DNA of 64,000 bases from Candidatus Magasanikbacteria bacterium RIFCSPHIGHO2_01_FULL_41_23. Its GTDB lineage: Bacteria > Patescibacteriota > Patescibacteriia > Magasanikbacterales > UBA922. The stretch is from assembly GCA_001782805.1 (NCBI GenBank), contig MFPT01000003.1, positions 44,072-108,071 on the forward strand, in the 5' to 3' direction. This document shows, one piece after another, positions 9,748 through 19,999 of the stretch. The notes under the pieces are model-generated. The model worked only from the letters and a program-made list of their open reading frames with translations. It ran no database searches and was not told the origin of the DNA. A program made the position numbers and the translations under genes. Position 1 is the stretch's first letter. Each line of letters begins with the position of its first letter.

Positions 9748-10902
9748 TTAGTTGGATTTTAATTGTTGCTTCAAATGTGCAATTACACTTTCTTCCACGG
9801 CGCGCAAAGTACGACCATCAGAAACAACAAATGAGGCATTGGTTTTATGGCCTTTTGGTTGGTAGAGCGCCAACAACGAAAGCGCGTCAAACGGTTCGCG
9901 CGTGCGTAAAAGTCCGTGGATGAGAACACCATCTTTAATTTCCGGATGCTCATGCAACAATAAAATAAATTTCGCGGCCGGCGCCGTGGTGATTAATTCG
10001 TCAACAATGGAATGCAATTCATTTTCCCGCGCGCCGGAACGGGCAAAATCTTCGCGCGTAATGGTTGACCACGCCAAACCAATGTTGTCATCGTATTGCA
10101 AATGCGATAAAGCCGCGCCCCATAACCGGAACGTGGCGATTGATTTAGTTTGATACAAATGCTTAATAATGGCGCCGCGATCCGCGCCCAAATGCACGAG
10201 TTCTGAAGCGGCCGCAAGCGTGGCCGGACGAATCTGTCCATCACGAAAACTGTTCGTGCCCGCGATCATGCCGGTCAAAAGTGCGTTGGCGATTTCCGGC
10301 ACAAGTTCTTCTTTATATAATTCTCGTAATAATCCGAATAATAATTCCGCCGTCGTACTTTTGATTGTTTCCACTATATTTAATTGGCCGTACTGTTCAT
10401 TCGCGGCCGAATTATCAATGTTAACGATTGGTGTTTTAAAAAAGAAATCCGTGTTATTGGCGTACAAATCACCAAGCGAAATTAAATCCGGAGTGTTTAT
10501 AGTTATGATTAAATCATAGGTAAAATCCGATTGCGCCGTGCGGATATTATCTTTGGATAATGTCCCGTGTTCCGGAGTTATAAAAACGCGCAGTTTTTTA
10601 TCCTGCACGTCATAACTTAATTCTTTGATACCCGTATTGGCGACGTCAATATGAAGAATGAATTTTTGCAAGTGATCAATTTTATTTTTTATTTTATCCA
10701 CGCCAACGAGAAAACGAAAATTACTCGGCATTTTAAAATCAGGCGCAACAATATCCGCGCGTTTTCCCAAACGTTCAAATAAGCGCGCCAAAGCCGTGGC
10801 ACTACCAATAGTATCGCCGTTTGCTTCCGGTCGAAATGTGATCAAAATTCTATCTTTTTCCGTGACCAGTTGTTTAAATTGTTCTTGTGTGTTTAATGCC
10901 AT
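9748..10902 (-). CDS. DHH/NrnA-family phosphoesterase-like protein with degenerate catalytic motifs
   Basis: NGDTIGS, DLIITIN, VNIDNS where IDHH is expected, GH..NAS; start taken at MALNT. Confidence 0.8.
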   Translation of the reverse strand: MALNTQEQFKQLVTEKDRILITFRPEANGDTIGSATALARLFERLGKRADIVAPDFKMPSNFRFLVGVDKIKNKIDHLQKFILHIDVANTGIKELSYDVQDKKLRVFITPEHGTLSKDNIRTAQSDFTYDLIITINTPDLISLGDLYANNTDFFFKTPIVNIDNSAANEQYGQLNIVETIKSTTAELLFGLLRELYKEELVPEIANALLTGMIAGTNSFRDGQIRPATLAAASELVHLGADRGAIIKHLYQTKSIATFRLWGAALSHLQYDDNIGLAWSTITREDFARSGARENELHSIVDELITTAPAAKFILLLHEHPEIKDGVLIHGLLRTREPFDALSLLALYQPKGHKTNASFVVSDGRTLRAVEESVIAHLKQQLKSN

Positions 10903-11084
10903 ATAAATACCCTTTAAGTTGATACTTAAAGGAATAAAAGAGTTTATCACGAGCATTTTTTTCTGTCAATCGTAATATGTACGGTCTTTTTGGCTTAATT
11001 GTGCCAAATTATTGCATTTTTTTTATCGATTAGTTATTATATGTATACCTGTATAAAGAATAAGAAAAAATTTATCCGGAGATT

Positions 11085-13805
11085 ATGTCGGAAATGCCTA
11101 AAAGTTACGATCCGAAATTATACGAAGATTCCATTTATAAACAGTGGGAAGAGAGTGGTTTTTTTAATCCGGATAATTTGAATGGCGAGCCATATTCTAT
11201 TATGATGCCGCCACCCAATGTGACCGGTGTTTTGCATTTAGGCCATGCTTTGGAAAATGCTTTGCTGGATACGATGGCACGTTACCAAAGGATGTTGGGT
11301 AAAAAAGTTTTGCTCGTGCCGGGCACAGACCATGCGGCTTTGCCAACACAAGCAAAAGTGGAAAAACTGCTCATGCAAGAGGGTATTAAAAATCCGCGTC
11401 AAGAATTTGGTCGGGAAAAATTAGTGGAAAAAATTAAAGAATTTGCCGAAAATTCAAAATCTACGATTTTAAGTCAAGTAAAAAAAATGGGAACGAGTTG
11501 TGATTGGTCACGATTGGCTTACACTTTTGATGAAGATCGAAGTAAGGCAGTGAATGAAATGTTCAAACGCATGTATGATGATGGACTTATTTATCGCGGA
11601 TATCGCGTAGTGAATTGGTCGGTTACCGGACAATCCACTTGTTCGGATGACGAAGTGGTTCACGTTGAACGGGCGGCAAAATTATATACTTTTAAATATA
11701 ACAAAGATTTTCCGATTACGATTGCCACTACTCGTCCGGAGACAAAATTGGGGGATACGGCCGTGGCTGTGAATCCAAAAGATGATCGGTATCAAAAGTA
11801 TGTTGGTAAAACATATCATATTGATGTTGGCGCGGCTAAGCTGTTAGAAATAAAAATCATTGCTGATGACGGAGTTGAAATGAATTTTGGCACAGGCGCG
11901 CTTGGTGTGACGCCGGCGCACAGTCCGATTGATTTTGAAATGTACGAGAAACAAAAAGCCAAGGGTGATCCGATTGGTATAGTGCCGGTTATTGGTTTGG
12001 ATGGTAAAATGACCGAAGCCGCTGGTAAAAATTACCAAGGTTTAACAGTTGAGGTTGCGCGCGAAAAATTTGTCCAGTGGCTCAAAGCAAATAATCTGTT
12101 GGAAAAAGAAGAAGAGATTGTTCAGAATGTGGGAACTTCTGATCGTTTTGGCGATGTAATTGAGGCGATTCCGATGACGCAGTGGTGGCTGAATATGCGT
12201 CAAGAAATTCCGGGACGGAGCAAAAGTCTCAAAGATTTGCTGCGCGAAGCAGTCACGACTGGTTTGGAAAATAATCCGGAACAAACAGTTTACATAACTC
12301 CGGATCGGTTTAAGAAATTATATCTTGACAGAATTGATAATCTTCGAGATTGGTGTTTGTCGCGACAAATTTGGTGGGGACATCGGATTCCAGTGTGGTA
12401 CCGTTCGACTTCATTCGATTCCGCTCGTGATAAATCGCTCACGGCAGGTCATGAGGAAATTTTTTGTGGCACAACCGATCCCAAAGGTGATGGTTGGGAA
12501 CAAGATCCGGATACTCTTGATACTTGGTTCAGTTCCGGCTTGTGGACATTTTCAACTCTTGGCTGGCCCCCTCGACAAGCTCCCTCGACTTGGTTCGAGA
12601 CAAGTCGGGATAAACCGAATGATTTGGAAACATTTCATCCCACGAGTTGGATCCAGATGGGATATGAGATTCGGGATTTATGGATGCTGCGAATGATTCT
12701 TATGAGTAGTTACGCGCTCAAACAAATTCCTTTTAAAAATGTTTATTTTCATGGCATGTTACGCGATGAATCCGGCAAGAAATTTTCCAAATCATCGGGA
12801 AATAATATTGATCCGCTTGATGTGATACAGCACTATGGAACCGATGCGTTGCGCTGGAGTGTTCTCAGCGGTATTGCTCCGGGCAATGATTCTAAATTTT
12901 ATGAAGAAAAAATTGTCGGCGCGCGTAACTTGGTAAATAAATTGTGGAATATCGCGCGTTTTATTTCTACAACGGCAAAAATAACAACAAGCAATTCAAT
13001 TCCGACCGCTGTTACTTTATCTGATCAATGGATTCTCGCACGACTTAATGAAACGGTTAAAACCGTCACAGAAAATATTGAAAAATATAATTTTTCGTAC
13101 GCGGGCGAAGCTCTGCGTGATTTTACCTGGAATGATTTGGCGGATTGGTATTTGGAAATTGCCAAAATTGAAAGCAAGAAAGATGAAATTCTAAATTATA
13201 TTTTGCCGACGCTTTTGAAATTATGGCATCCGTATATGCCGTTTGTGACCGAAGCGATTTGGCAAGAAATGTTTGGTGGAGAAAAAATGCTGATGGTGGA
13301 AAAGTGGCCGGCCTTGTTTGATATTGCCGCGAGCAATGTCGTACAACCTGATTTTACGATTATTCAGTCCATTATCACTGCCATCCGTGCGGTTAGAGCT
13401 GAACACAAAATTGAACCGGCAAAAAAAATATCAGTCACCGTTAAAACCAGCGATAAAAAATTATTTGTCGCCAATGAGGAAGTAATAATTGGTCTGGCGC
13501 GTTTAGATAATTTGGTATTTGACGCGGGTTATCAAAAAAATAATTCTACCGTTGGTTTTGTGATTGCCGGTATGGAAATATTTGTTGATCTGTCAGGCGC
13601 AGTTGATGTAGTCAAAGAGCGCGAACAATTGCAAAATGAAATCAGCCGGATTGAGCCATATATTGAGTCTTTGGAAAAGAAATTAAGCAATCAAGAATTT
13701 ACGCAAAACGCGCCGGCCGAAGTGGTTGAAGCCGAACAGAAAAAATTAAACGAAGCCAAAGAAAAATTAGCCAAACTAATCAATCAACAAAAACAGTTAC
13801 TGTAA
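11085..13805 (+). CDS. valS: Valine--tRNA ligase, with two repeat-derived insertions
   Basis: PPPNVTG.LHLGH, DWCLSRQIWWGHRIP, DTWFSS, KFSKS, C-terminal coiled coil. Confidence 0.98.
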   Translation: MSEMPKSYDPKLYEDSIYKQWEESGFFNPDNLNGEPYSIMMPPPNVTGVLHLGHALENALLDTMARYQRMLGKKVLLVPGTDHAALPTQAKVEKLLMQEGIKNPRQEFGREKLVEKIKEFAENSKSTILSQVKKMGTSCDWSRLAYTFDEDRSKAVNEMFKRMYDDGLIYRGYRVVNWSVTGQSTCSDDEVVHVERAAKLYTFKYNKDFPITIATTRPETKLGDTAVAVNPKDDRYQKYVGKTYHIDVGAAKLLEIKIIADDGVEMNFGTGALGVTPAHSPIDFEMYEKQKAKGDPIGIVPVIGLDGKMTEAAGKNYQGLTVEVAREKFVQWLKANNLLEKEEEIVQNVGTSDRFGDVIEAIPMTQWWLNMRQEIPGRSKSLKDLLREAVTTGLENNPEQTVYITPDRFKKLYLDRIDNLRDWCLSRQIWWGHRIPVWYRSTSFDSARDKSLTAGHEEIFCGTTDPKGDGWEQDPDTLDTWFSSGLWTFSTLGWPPRQAPSTWFETSRDKPNDLETFHPTSWIQMGYEIRDLWMLRMILMSSYALKQIPFKNVYFHGMLRDESGKKFSKSSGNNIDPLDVIQHYGTDALRWSVLSGIAPGNDSKFYEEKIVGARNLVNKLWNIARFISTTAKITTSNSIPTAVTLSDQWILARLNETVKTVTENIEKYNFSYAGEALRDFTWNDLADWYLEIAKIESKKDEILNYILPTLLKLWHPYMPFVTEAIWQEMFGGEKMLMVEKWPALFDIAASNVVQPDFTIIQSIITAIRAVRAEHKIEPAKKISVTVKTSDKKLFVANEEVIIGLARLDNLVFDAGYQKNNSTVGFVIAGMEIFVDLSGAVDVVKEREQLQNEISRIEPYIESLEKKLSNQEFTQNAPAEVVEAEQKKLNEAKEKLAKLINQQKQLL

Positions 13806-13816
13806 TAGTATCTATT

Positions 13817-14869
13817 ATGCCGGATCTGACTGAACAGAAATCTATCGCTACCCCCCCTGATTCTCATGATTTTGAGTTAGCACCCGCTGACCATATTGAA
13901 AAAATTAACGGTGAGGATATTTTGGTATTTCTTGATAATTACGATGAACGTTTAAAAAATGAGATATCGCGTGTTAGAGAAGCGTTAAATAGAGATTCTA
14001 GTCTAACCGATATTATGAAATTGGTTTCGGACATTCGTAAATTGGGTCAAGAAATTCGTCTGGAAGCAAAAAAATTAGAGACTTCGGATACAAACGGATA
14101 TGTCCGTCATGACGCGAATAACATATTGAGTTGGTCAGTGATGTCATTGCAAGATTTTGCACGTTATCTGGACACAACCGATGAAGTATCGTTCAAAGAA
14201 AAATTATTGATTGAATTAGAAGACGCGCAGAAAAGTTGGTTGGTGTATAAATTAATTATGCAAGATGTGGGGTTTCGTTACCAAGATGGAGAGAATATGG
14301 TTTCAGCTGTGACCGCGCGTTTTGATCAGGAACGTGATACTGCCGATTTGGTTACCGCTCTCAAACAGCTTTTGAAAAAAAAGTTAGATGAATCAAAAAT
14401 ATTCATTGATATTGATCCCAATAGTGCGGACTTAAAAATAGCCACCCCGCATGGTTTGATCTTGAATATGATTCAAAATTCATTGAGCAATGCTATGGCG
14501 GAAAATGTTGGAGCGCGTTCATTTATTTTTCAGATTAAACAAGTGGAAAATGAATTGGTTTTTTCTTTATATGATGACGGTGTGGGCATGCCGGCGGAAT
14601 CATTACAAAGAGATAATGAAAAATTTATTTGTAAAAAAGGCACAAGCGGAAAAGGGAGCACTGGCCTTGGTTTGGCATTTGCAGACAAGCGTTTGGCTCA
14701 AGCCCAGGCCACGCTTATTATTACGTCGCGACAAAAATTAATGTCAGAAAGTTATGACGCAATTCACTCGTTTCCTCCAGTCATAGCGGTTAAACTTGAG
14801 TCAATTGAATTGGATCGGAAAGAAGGTACATACTCCACTTGTTTCCAAATTAGAGTTCCGATTATCTAA
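13817..14869 (+). CDS. Soluble histidine-kinase-like protein (HATPase_c)
   Basis: H-box-like RHDANNIL, N-box IQNSLSNA, DDGVG, STGLGL; no TM helix. Confidence 0.75.
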   Translation: MPDLTEQKSIATPPDSHDFELAPADHIEKINGEDILVFLDNYDERLKNEISRVREALNRDSSLTDIMKLVSDIRKLGQEIRLEAKKLETSDTNGYVRHDANNILSWSVMSLQDFARYLDTTDEVSFKEKLLIELEDAQKSWLVYKLIMQDVGFRYQDGENMVSAVTARFDQERDTADLVTALKQLLKKKLDESKIFIDIDPNSADLKIATPHGLILNMIQNSLSNAMAENVGARSFIFQIKQVENELVFSLYDDGVGMPAESLQRDNEKFICKKGTSGKGSTGLGLAFADKRLAQAQATLIITSRQKLMSESYDAIHSFPPVIAVKLESIELDRKEGTYSTCFQIRVPII

Positions 14870-14881
14870 TTTTATTTTTTT

Positions 14882-15238
14882 ATGTCTTTCAGCATTAAAA
14901 TTATCACCCAGACAACCAACCGAGCTGAATTGAAAATCATTGCCAATGAAGGATTTGGTGATATGATAAAAGCAGTGGTGGATTTGCGTCGTTCGGTAAT
15001 GGCGGTGGGCGCTGAATTGCATGTCGACGAAGAACAGTTATTATTGCAAAACAATTCGCACCAGGAAGATTTGTGGGGAATTAACTTGTATCCCGATGTC
15101 TCGGATGATTCATGGCTTGAGTTTGATTCCATGATTAATATTCGTCCAAAGCAGAATAATCGGACGCGGGCAGTGCACGATCCGACGATCCAACAAAAAA
15201 TCATTTCCGTGGTACAATTATTAGTGAAAGATTTTTAA
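14882..15238 (+). CDS. DUF5674-like protein
   Basis: IKAVVD...G.ELH.D.E..LL...S.Q.DLWGINLYP...EFDSMINIRP. Confidence 0.75.
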   Translation: MSFSIKIITQTTNRAELKIIANEGFGDMIKAVVDLRRSVMAVGAELHVDEEQLLLQNNSHQEDLWGINLYPDVSDDSWLEFDSMINIRPKQNNRTRAVHDPTIQQKIISVVQLLVKDF

Positions 15239-15241
15239 TCT

Positions 15242-15586
15242 ATGCCGCAAGATATTCCGAGCATTACAATTCACCAAGATTTGGCCGCGGGTCGTTGGCA
15301 AAAGATGACACTCTGTGAACAGCTCGGCAACATCGGGAGCGAAGTCAGTCGCGCCCTTAATTGGCAAGAGCGTGGGAATGAAGAGCAATCGTGGCGCGCG
15401 TTTGACCGAGCTTTGGAACTTTTTTCTTTAACGCAAACTGACAAGCGTTGGTTTGGTCGATTACAAGAAGTAGCGCGCGCCAAAGAAGTTTTTGGTGATT
15501 TTTTTATTGGTAGCAATGAATATCAATCAAGCAAAGAATCCATAATAAAATATTTTGATGCGTTTGCGATTGTAGCGCGACGTTAA
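15242..15586 (+). CDS. Small helical hypothetical protein coupled to the DUF5674-like gene
   Basis: 3-nt gap; GRW..MTL.EQLGNIGSEVSRA...RALEL. Confidence 0.7.
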   Translation: MPQDIPSITIHQDLAAGRWQKMTLCEQLGNIGSEVSRALNWQERGNEEQSWRAFDRALELFSLTQTDKRWFGRLQEVARAKEVFGDFFIGSNEYQSSKESIIKYFDAFAIVARR

Positions 15587-15602
15587 TATTAAAAATAATT
15601 TT

Positions 15603-16787
15603 ATGATTTCCACTGACCAGCAAAAAATTCAAGAATTACTTACCCGCGGTGTTAGTGAGGTAATTGTCCACGAAGAATTGGAAAAAAAATTAATGTCCGG
15701 CAAAAAATTGCGGATTAAATTCGGGATAGATCCTACTGGGGCTGAACTCCATATTGGACACGCAGTGCCACTGCGAAAATTGCGTCAATTTCAGGATATG
15801 GGTCACCAAATAATTCTACTCATTGGTGATTATACTGCAATGATTGGGGATCCTACCGGTCGTAGTCAAACCAGACCAATTTTGGCGCTGGAACAAATAA
15901 AAACCAATATGCAGACTTATGTTGAACAAGCGTCTTTAGTTCTCAATATGTCCAATGTTGAGATTCGTCATAACAGTGAATGGTATGGAGCGGAAAATTT
16001 TACTCATCTTTTGATGGATTTGTCTTCAAAAATTACCGTGGCGCGAGTTTTGGAGCGGGATGATTTTAAGAAACGCATGAGTGAAGGATCTGACATTCAA
16101 ATGCAAGAAATTTTATATCCTTTATTGCAAGGCTATGATTCCGTGGCGCTTAAAGCTGATGTTGAACTGGGCGGTTCTGACCAAAAATTTAATCTTTTGA
16201 TGGGACGAAAATTACAAAAGCGTTACGATCAGCCAGAACAAGATGTTATCACTGTTCCTTTGCTGGAAGGAACAGACGGAGAGAAAAAAATGAGTAAATC
16301 GTACGGTAATTATATTGCTTTACGCGATTCACCCGAGGAGATGTATGGCAAGGTTTTGTCTATTCCCGACGCATTGATTTTTAAATATTTTGAATTGGCG
16401 ACCGATGCGACACTGCTTCAAATTGAAGATTATAAAAAACAGCTGGCGGCTGGCGCAAATCCACGCGATATAAAAATGAAACTGGCTTTGGCCATTACTT
16501 CGCTTTATCATGGTGAAAACGGCGCGCGTGTCGGGCAAGAATATTTTCAATCAACAATTCAAAATAAAGAACGCCCCGACGAAATTCCCGAACTCAAACC
16601 AACTGCGTATGATCCGGTAACTGTTTTGGTTGAGGCTGGATTTTGTAAAAGTAAATCTGAAGCAAAGCGTGAAATTGACGGCGGAGGAGTAAAATTGAAT
16701 GACAAAAAAGTTGTCGGATATGACGCGCCAATAAAATCCGGCGACATAATCCAAAAAGGTAAAAGGTTTTTTGTTAAAATAATTTGA
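15603..16787 (+). CDS. tyrS: Tyrosine--tRNA ligase
   Basis: GIDPTG..LHIGH, YPLLQGYD, GGSDQKFN, KMSKS, S4-like tail. Confidence 0.98.
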   Translation: MISTDQQKIQELLTRGVSEVIVHEELEKKLMSGKKLRIKFGIDPTGAELHIGHAVPLRKLRQFQDMGHQIILLIGDYTAMIGDPTGRSQTRPILALEQIKTNMQTYVEQASLVLNMSNVEIRHNSEWYGAENFTHLLMDLSSKITVARVLERDDFKKRMSEGSDIQMQEILYPLLQGYDSVALKADVELGGSDQKFNLLMGRKLQKRYDQPEQDVITVPLLEGTDGEKKMSKSYGNYIALRDSPEEMYGKVLSIPDALIFKYFELATDATLLQIEDYKKQLAAGANPRDIKMKLALAITSLYHGENGARVGQEYFQSTIQNKERPDEIPELKPTAYDPVTVLVEAGFCKSKSEAKREIDGGGVKLNDKKVVGYDAPIKSGDIIQKGKRFFVKII

Positions 16788-16823
16788 TTTTTTTGAACCA
16801 GCGCCGTGTACATTTTATTACTT

Positions 16824-18551
16824 ATGATTCAAGAAATTAAAAAAAATATTATTGATCTTCTCACTGCCGCCGGAGTCATGGGCGATATTGAATTATCATC
16901 ACCACCAAAACCAGAGATGGGGGATTTTGCCTTTGCTTGTTTTGGAATCGCGAAAGAAAAAGGGGAGAATCCGGCTACAGCGGCAAAAAACTTAGTAGAA
17001 AAAATTTCTCCGCCAGTCGACGGAGAAGAAGATTTAATAGTCAAAGTTCAGGCCTTTGGCCCATATGTAAATTTTTTTGTTGATTCCCAAGAACTTGCCA
17101 AGACAGTTTTAAAAAATATTTTGGAAAATAAAAAATTTGGCACGCACACGTTTGGCCAAGGCCAGACAATTCTCGTAGAATACGCTTGTCCTAACCCCAT
17201 GAAAGTTTTTCATTTGGGACATTTGCGTAATCTCATTACGGGCGAAGCCATGGCGCGAATCCTCGAAAACGCGGGTTATGACGTTAAACGAGTTAATTAC
17301 CAAGGCGATGTGGGAATGCATATTGCCAAATCATTGTGGGGCATAAACCAGATGAATGATGTTTTTGCCAGCATGAAAAATAAATCAGTGGAGGAGCAGG
17401 TCGCATTTTTAGGTAAAGCCTACGCGCTTGGCGCCACCAAATTTGAAGAAGACGCTGCCACGCAAGCGGAAATTTTGGAATACAATCGTAAAATATATGA
17501 ACATGATTGGGAAATTCAGGATGTTTATCAAACCGCGCGCGTTTGGAGTTTAGAGTATTTCGATACGATTTACACAAAGCTTGGCACGCGCTTTGATCGT
17601 CTTTATTTTGAATCAGAAGTCTTTAATGAGGGTAAAAAAATGGTTTTGGACGGACTGGAAAAAGGGATTTTTAAAAAAAGTGATGGCGCGATTATTTTTC
17701 CGGGAAGTGAATGTGGTTTGCATGACCGCGTTTTTATTAACAGTCAAGGATTTCCTACGTATGAAGCCAAAGATCTGGGTTTGGCAAAATTGCATTTTAC
17801 GGAATACAAACCGGATAAAGTAATTCACGTGGTGGGAAAAGAGCAAACTGAATATTTTAAAGTAGTTTTTCAAGCTCTGTCCGTCATATTGCCAAAAACT
17901 AAAGATAAGGAACTTCATTTAGTTGGCGGTTATTTGCAATTGAAAGGCGATGAAAAAATGAGTTCGCGTAAAGGCAATGTAATTTCCGGCGACGAATTGG
18001 TTATGTCTGTGGAAAACAATGTGCGGAAAATTATGGCTGAACGCGATATTCAACACAAAGAATTTATCGTAAATAAAGTCAGCATCGCGGCCCTTAAATA
18101 CACTATGTTGCGAGTGAATGCTTCCGAAGATATGGCATTTGATGTGCAAGAATCGGTCAGTATTTCGGGTGATAGCGGATCTTATGTCCTTTATATTGTA
18201 ACGCGAATTCGGAGTTTGTTGGTCAAAGCCGGTGTTTTGCCTAATAGTATTGAATTAAATGTGTCCGTTAAAATTCCCGAGGAAATAGGCGCGGAAGAAA
18301 AACAATTGTTATTGGTACTTGCTCGATTTTCCGAAGTTACTCAGCAAGCTGTAAATGAATTTAATCCGTCAGTGATTACCAAATATGTGTTTGCGCTCGC
18401 GCAGGCGTTTAATGTTTTTTATCAGACTTGTTCGGTTCTTGACGCGGCCACGGAACAAAAACAATTTAGATTGTATTTGGCACAGGCAGTGGCGCGCGTT
18501 ATGACTGATGGTTTGTATCTTTTGGGAATTGAAACGGTGGAAGAAATGTAA
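16824..18551 (+). CDS. argS: Arginine--tRNA ligase
   Basis: EYACPNP.K.FHLGHLR, KMSSRKGN, LGIETVEEM. Confidence 0.97.
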   Translation: MIQEIKKNIIDLLTAAGVMGDIELSSPPKPEMGDFAFACFGIAKEKGENPATAAKNLVEKISPPVDGEEDLIVKVQAFGPYVNFFVDSQELAKTVLKNILENKKFGTHTFGQGQTILVEYACPNPMKVFHLGHLRNLITGEAMARILENAGYDVKRVNYQGDVGMHIAKSLWGINQMNDVFASMKNKSVEEQVAFLGKAYALGATKFEEDAATQAEILEYNRKIYEHDWEIQDVYQTARVWSLEYFDTIYTKLGTRFDRLYFESEVFNEGKKMVLDGLEKGIFKKSDGAIIFPGSECGLHDRVFINSQGFPTYEAKDLGLAKLHFTEYKPDKVIHVVGKEQTEYFKVVFQALSVILPKTKDKELHLVGGYLQLKGDEKMSSRKGNVISGDELVMSVENNVRKIMAERDIQHKEFIVNKVSIAALKYTMLRVNASEDMAFDVQESVSISGDSGSYVLYIVTRIRSLLVKAGVLPNSIELNVSVKIPEEIGAEEKQLLLVLARFSEVTQQAVNEFNPSVITKYVFALAQAFNVFYQTCSVLDAATEQKQFRLYLAQAVARVMTDGLYLLGIETVEEM

Positions 18552-18639
18552 AAAATTAATTTAATATTGTCGCCATCCGCGCGATGCGGTATACTATCAA
18601 AGTCCATTAATTTTTTTGTCTAATAATTTTTATAATTAT

Positions 18640-19119
18640 ATGTTTCCCAAATCGCCCGCTGAAAATAAAATGGTTTCGCATGATGCGGTTAGTCGTGGAT
18701 CGGATGATGTCGAGACGGTTGTTGGTCCTTCGGTTGTCGTGGAAGGTGATTTTGCATCCGAAGGCAATATTTTGGTTAAAGGGACAGTTTCAGGCAGTGT
18801 CAAAACCGCCCGCTTGTTAACGGTTGAGCCGGGCGCAAAAATAATGGCCAATGTGAAGGCCGGTGACGCAGTTGTGGCCGGTGAAGTTCGTGGTAGTATT
18901 AAAGTGGAACAACAGCTGGAACTTACCGCTTCGGCTCGAGTTTTAGGCGATATTCAGTGTCAAATTTTAGTGGTCGCGGCTGGCGCATTATTGCAAGGTA
19001 AAGTGGCGATGAAAGGTTTGGAAGGCGCGAGCACTGAGCCAAATGATCGTCGTCGTGTGGCTCGCGGTGGCCGAGTTCGCGGTGAAGAAGAAATGACTGA
19101 AGATTCGGCCGAGGTCTAA
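18640..19119 (+). CDS. Bactofilin (polymer-forming cytoskeletal protein)
   Basis: TVVGPSVVVEG...I.V.G.V.G beta-helix repeats. Confidence 0.88.
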   Translation: MFPKSPAENKMVSHDAVSRGSDDVETVVGPSVVVEGDFASEGNILVKGTVSGSVKTARLLTVEPGAKIMANVKAGDAVVAGEVRGSIKVEQQLELTASARVLGDIQCQILVVAAGALLQGKVAMKGLEGASTEPNDRRRVARGGRVRGEEEMTEDSAEV

Positions 19120-19128
19120 GACCGTGTT

Positions 19129-19890
19129 ATGTATGTTTATTTATATGATCAGTTTCTTAAAGAGAAGCGCTTTTCCGAAGCGCTTAAATCCGTTGAAACC
19201 AGATTGACAGATTACGGTATCGCTGGTAGGATATTGCGGTTACAACATTTTACTTCGGCCGAGAGTATTATTACTGATTCCGTGCAAAAAGGCGCCAAAA
19301 CAATTGTGGTTGTTGGCAATGACGAAACATTTGCCAAAGTATTGTCGCGTGGCGCGGCTTATCCGGTTTTGTACGGTTTTATTCCAATTGGACCAAAAAA
19401 TTCCATTGCGAATGTGCTGGGAATTCCCAGCACGGAAGAAGCCGCGGATATTTTGGCGCGTCGGCGCAAAGTGTATTTGGATGTTGGCTGGTTTAATAAT
19501 CGGTATTTTATTTCCCAGCTTCATATTCCGCCACATCCAATTGTCGTGGAATATGATGAACGGTTTAAAGTTTCAAGCACGAGCCAAAAAATGGAATTGG
19601 TGGTGTGTAATTTGCAACCGTATTTTTGGCAAAATCAAGGCAAGCATATGGTTGTTCATCCGCAAGATGGAAAATTGGAAGCATTTTTGCGGCCGATCAA
19701 AAAAACCAGTTGGTTTAAACGTGAAGAGTACGAAGATCCGAGTATTTTTCCATTTGAAGAAATGGTAGTCTCTAGTACAACTCCGTTCGCCGTAGAAGCT
19801 GATGGCAAAACATCCAAGGAAATTAAAATTACCATCAAGTTGGCCAAGAATCGGATTGAGATGATTGTGGGGAAGGAACGAAAATTTTAA
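19129..19890 (+). CDS. Diacylglycerol-kinase-family-like protein
   Basis: IVVVGNDET, GFIPIG..NSIA..LGI, DGKLE, ADG. Confidence 0.7.
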   Translation: MYVYLYDQFLKEKRFSEALKSVETRLTDYGIAGRILRLQHFTSAESIITDSVQKGAKTIVVVGNDETFAKVLSRGAAYPVLYGFIPIGPKNSIANVLGIPSTEEAADILARRRKVYLDVGWFNNRYFISQLHIPPHPIVVEYDERFKVSSTSQKMELVVCNLQPYFWQNQGKHMVVHPQDGKLEAFLRPIKKTSWFKREEYEDPSIFPFEEMVVSSTTPFAVEADGKTSKEIKITIKLAKNRIEMIVGKERKF

Positions 19891-19899
19891 AATTAAAAA

Positions 19900-19982
19900 G
19901 CGCGGGTGGCGTAATGGTAGCCGCACTACCTTGAGGTGGTAGCGTCCGCAAGGGCATGGAAGTTCGACTCTTCTCCCGCGCA
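19900..19982 (+). tRNA. tRNA-Leu(GAG)
   Basis: Cloverleaf; CTACC-TT-GAG-GT-GGTAG; long variable arm; CCA not encoded. Confidence 0.95.
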
Positions 19983-19999
19983 CAACAAATAGGAAAATT

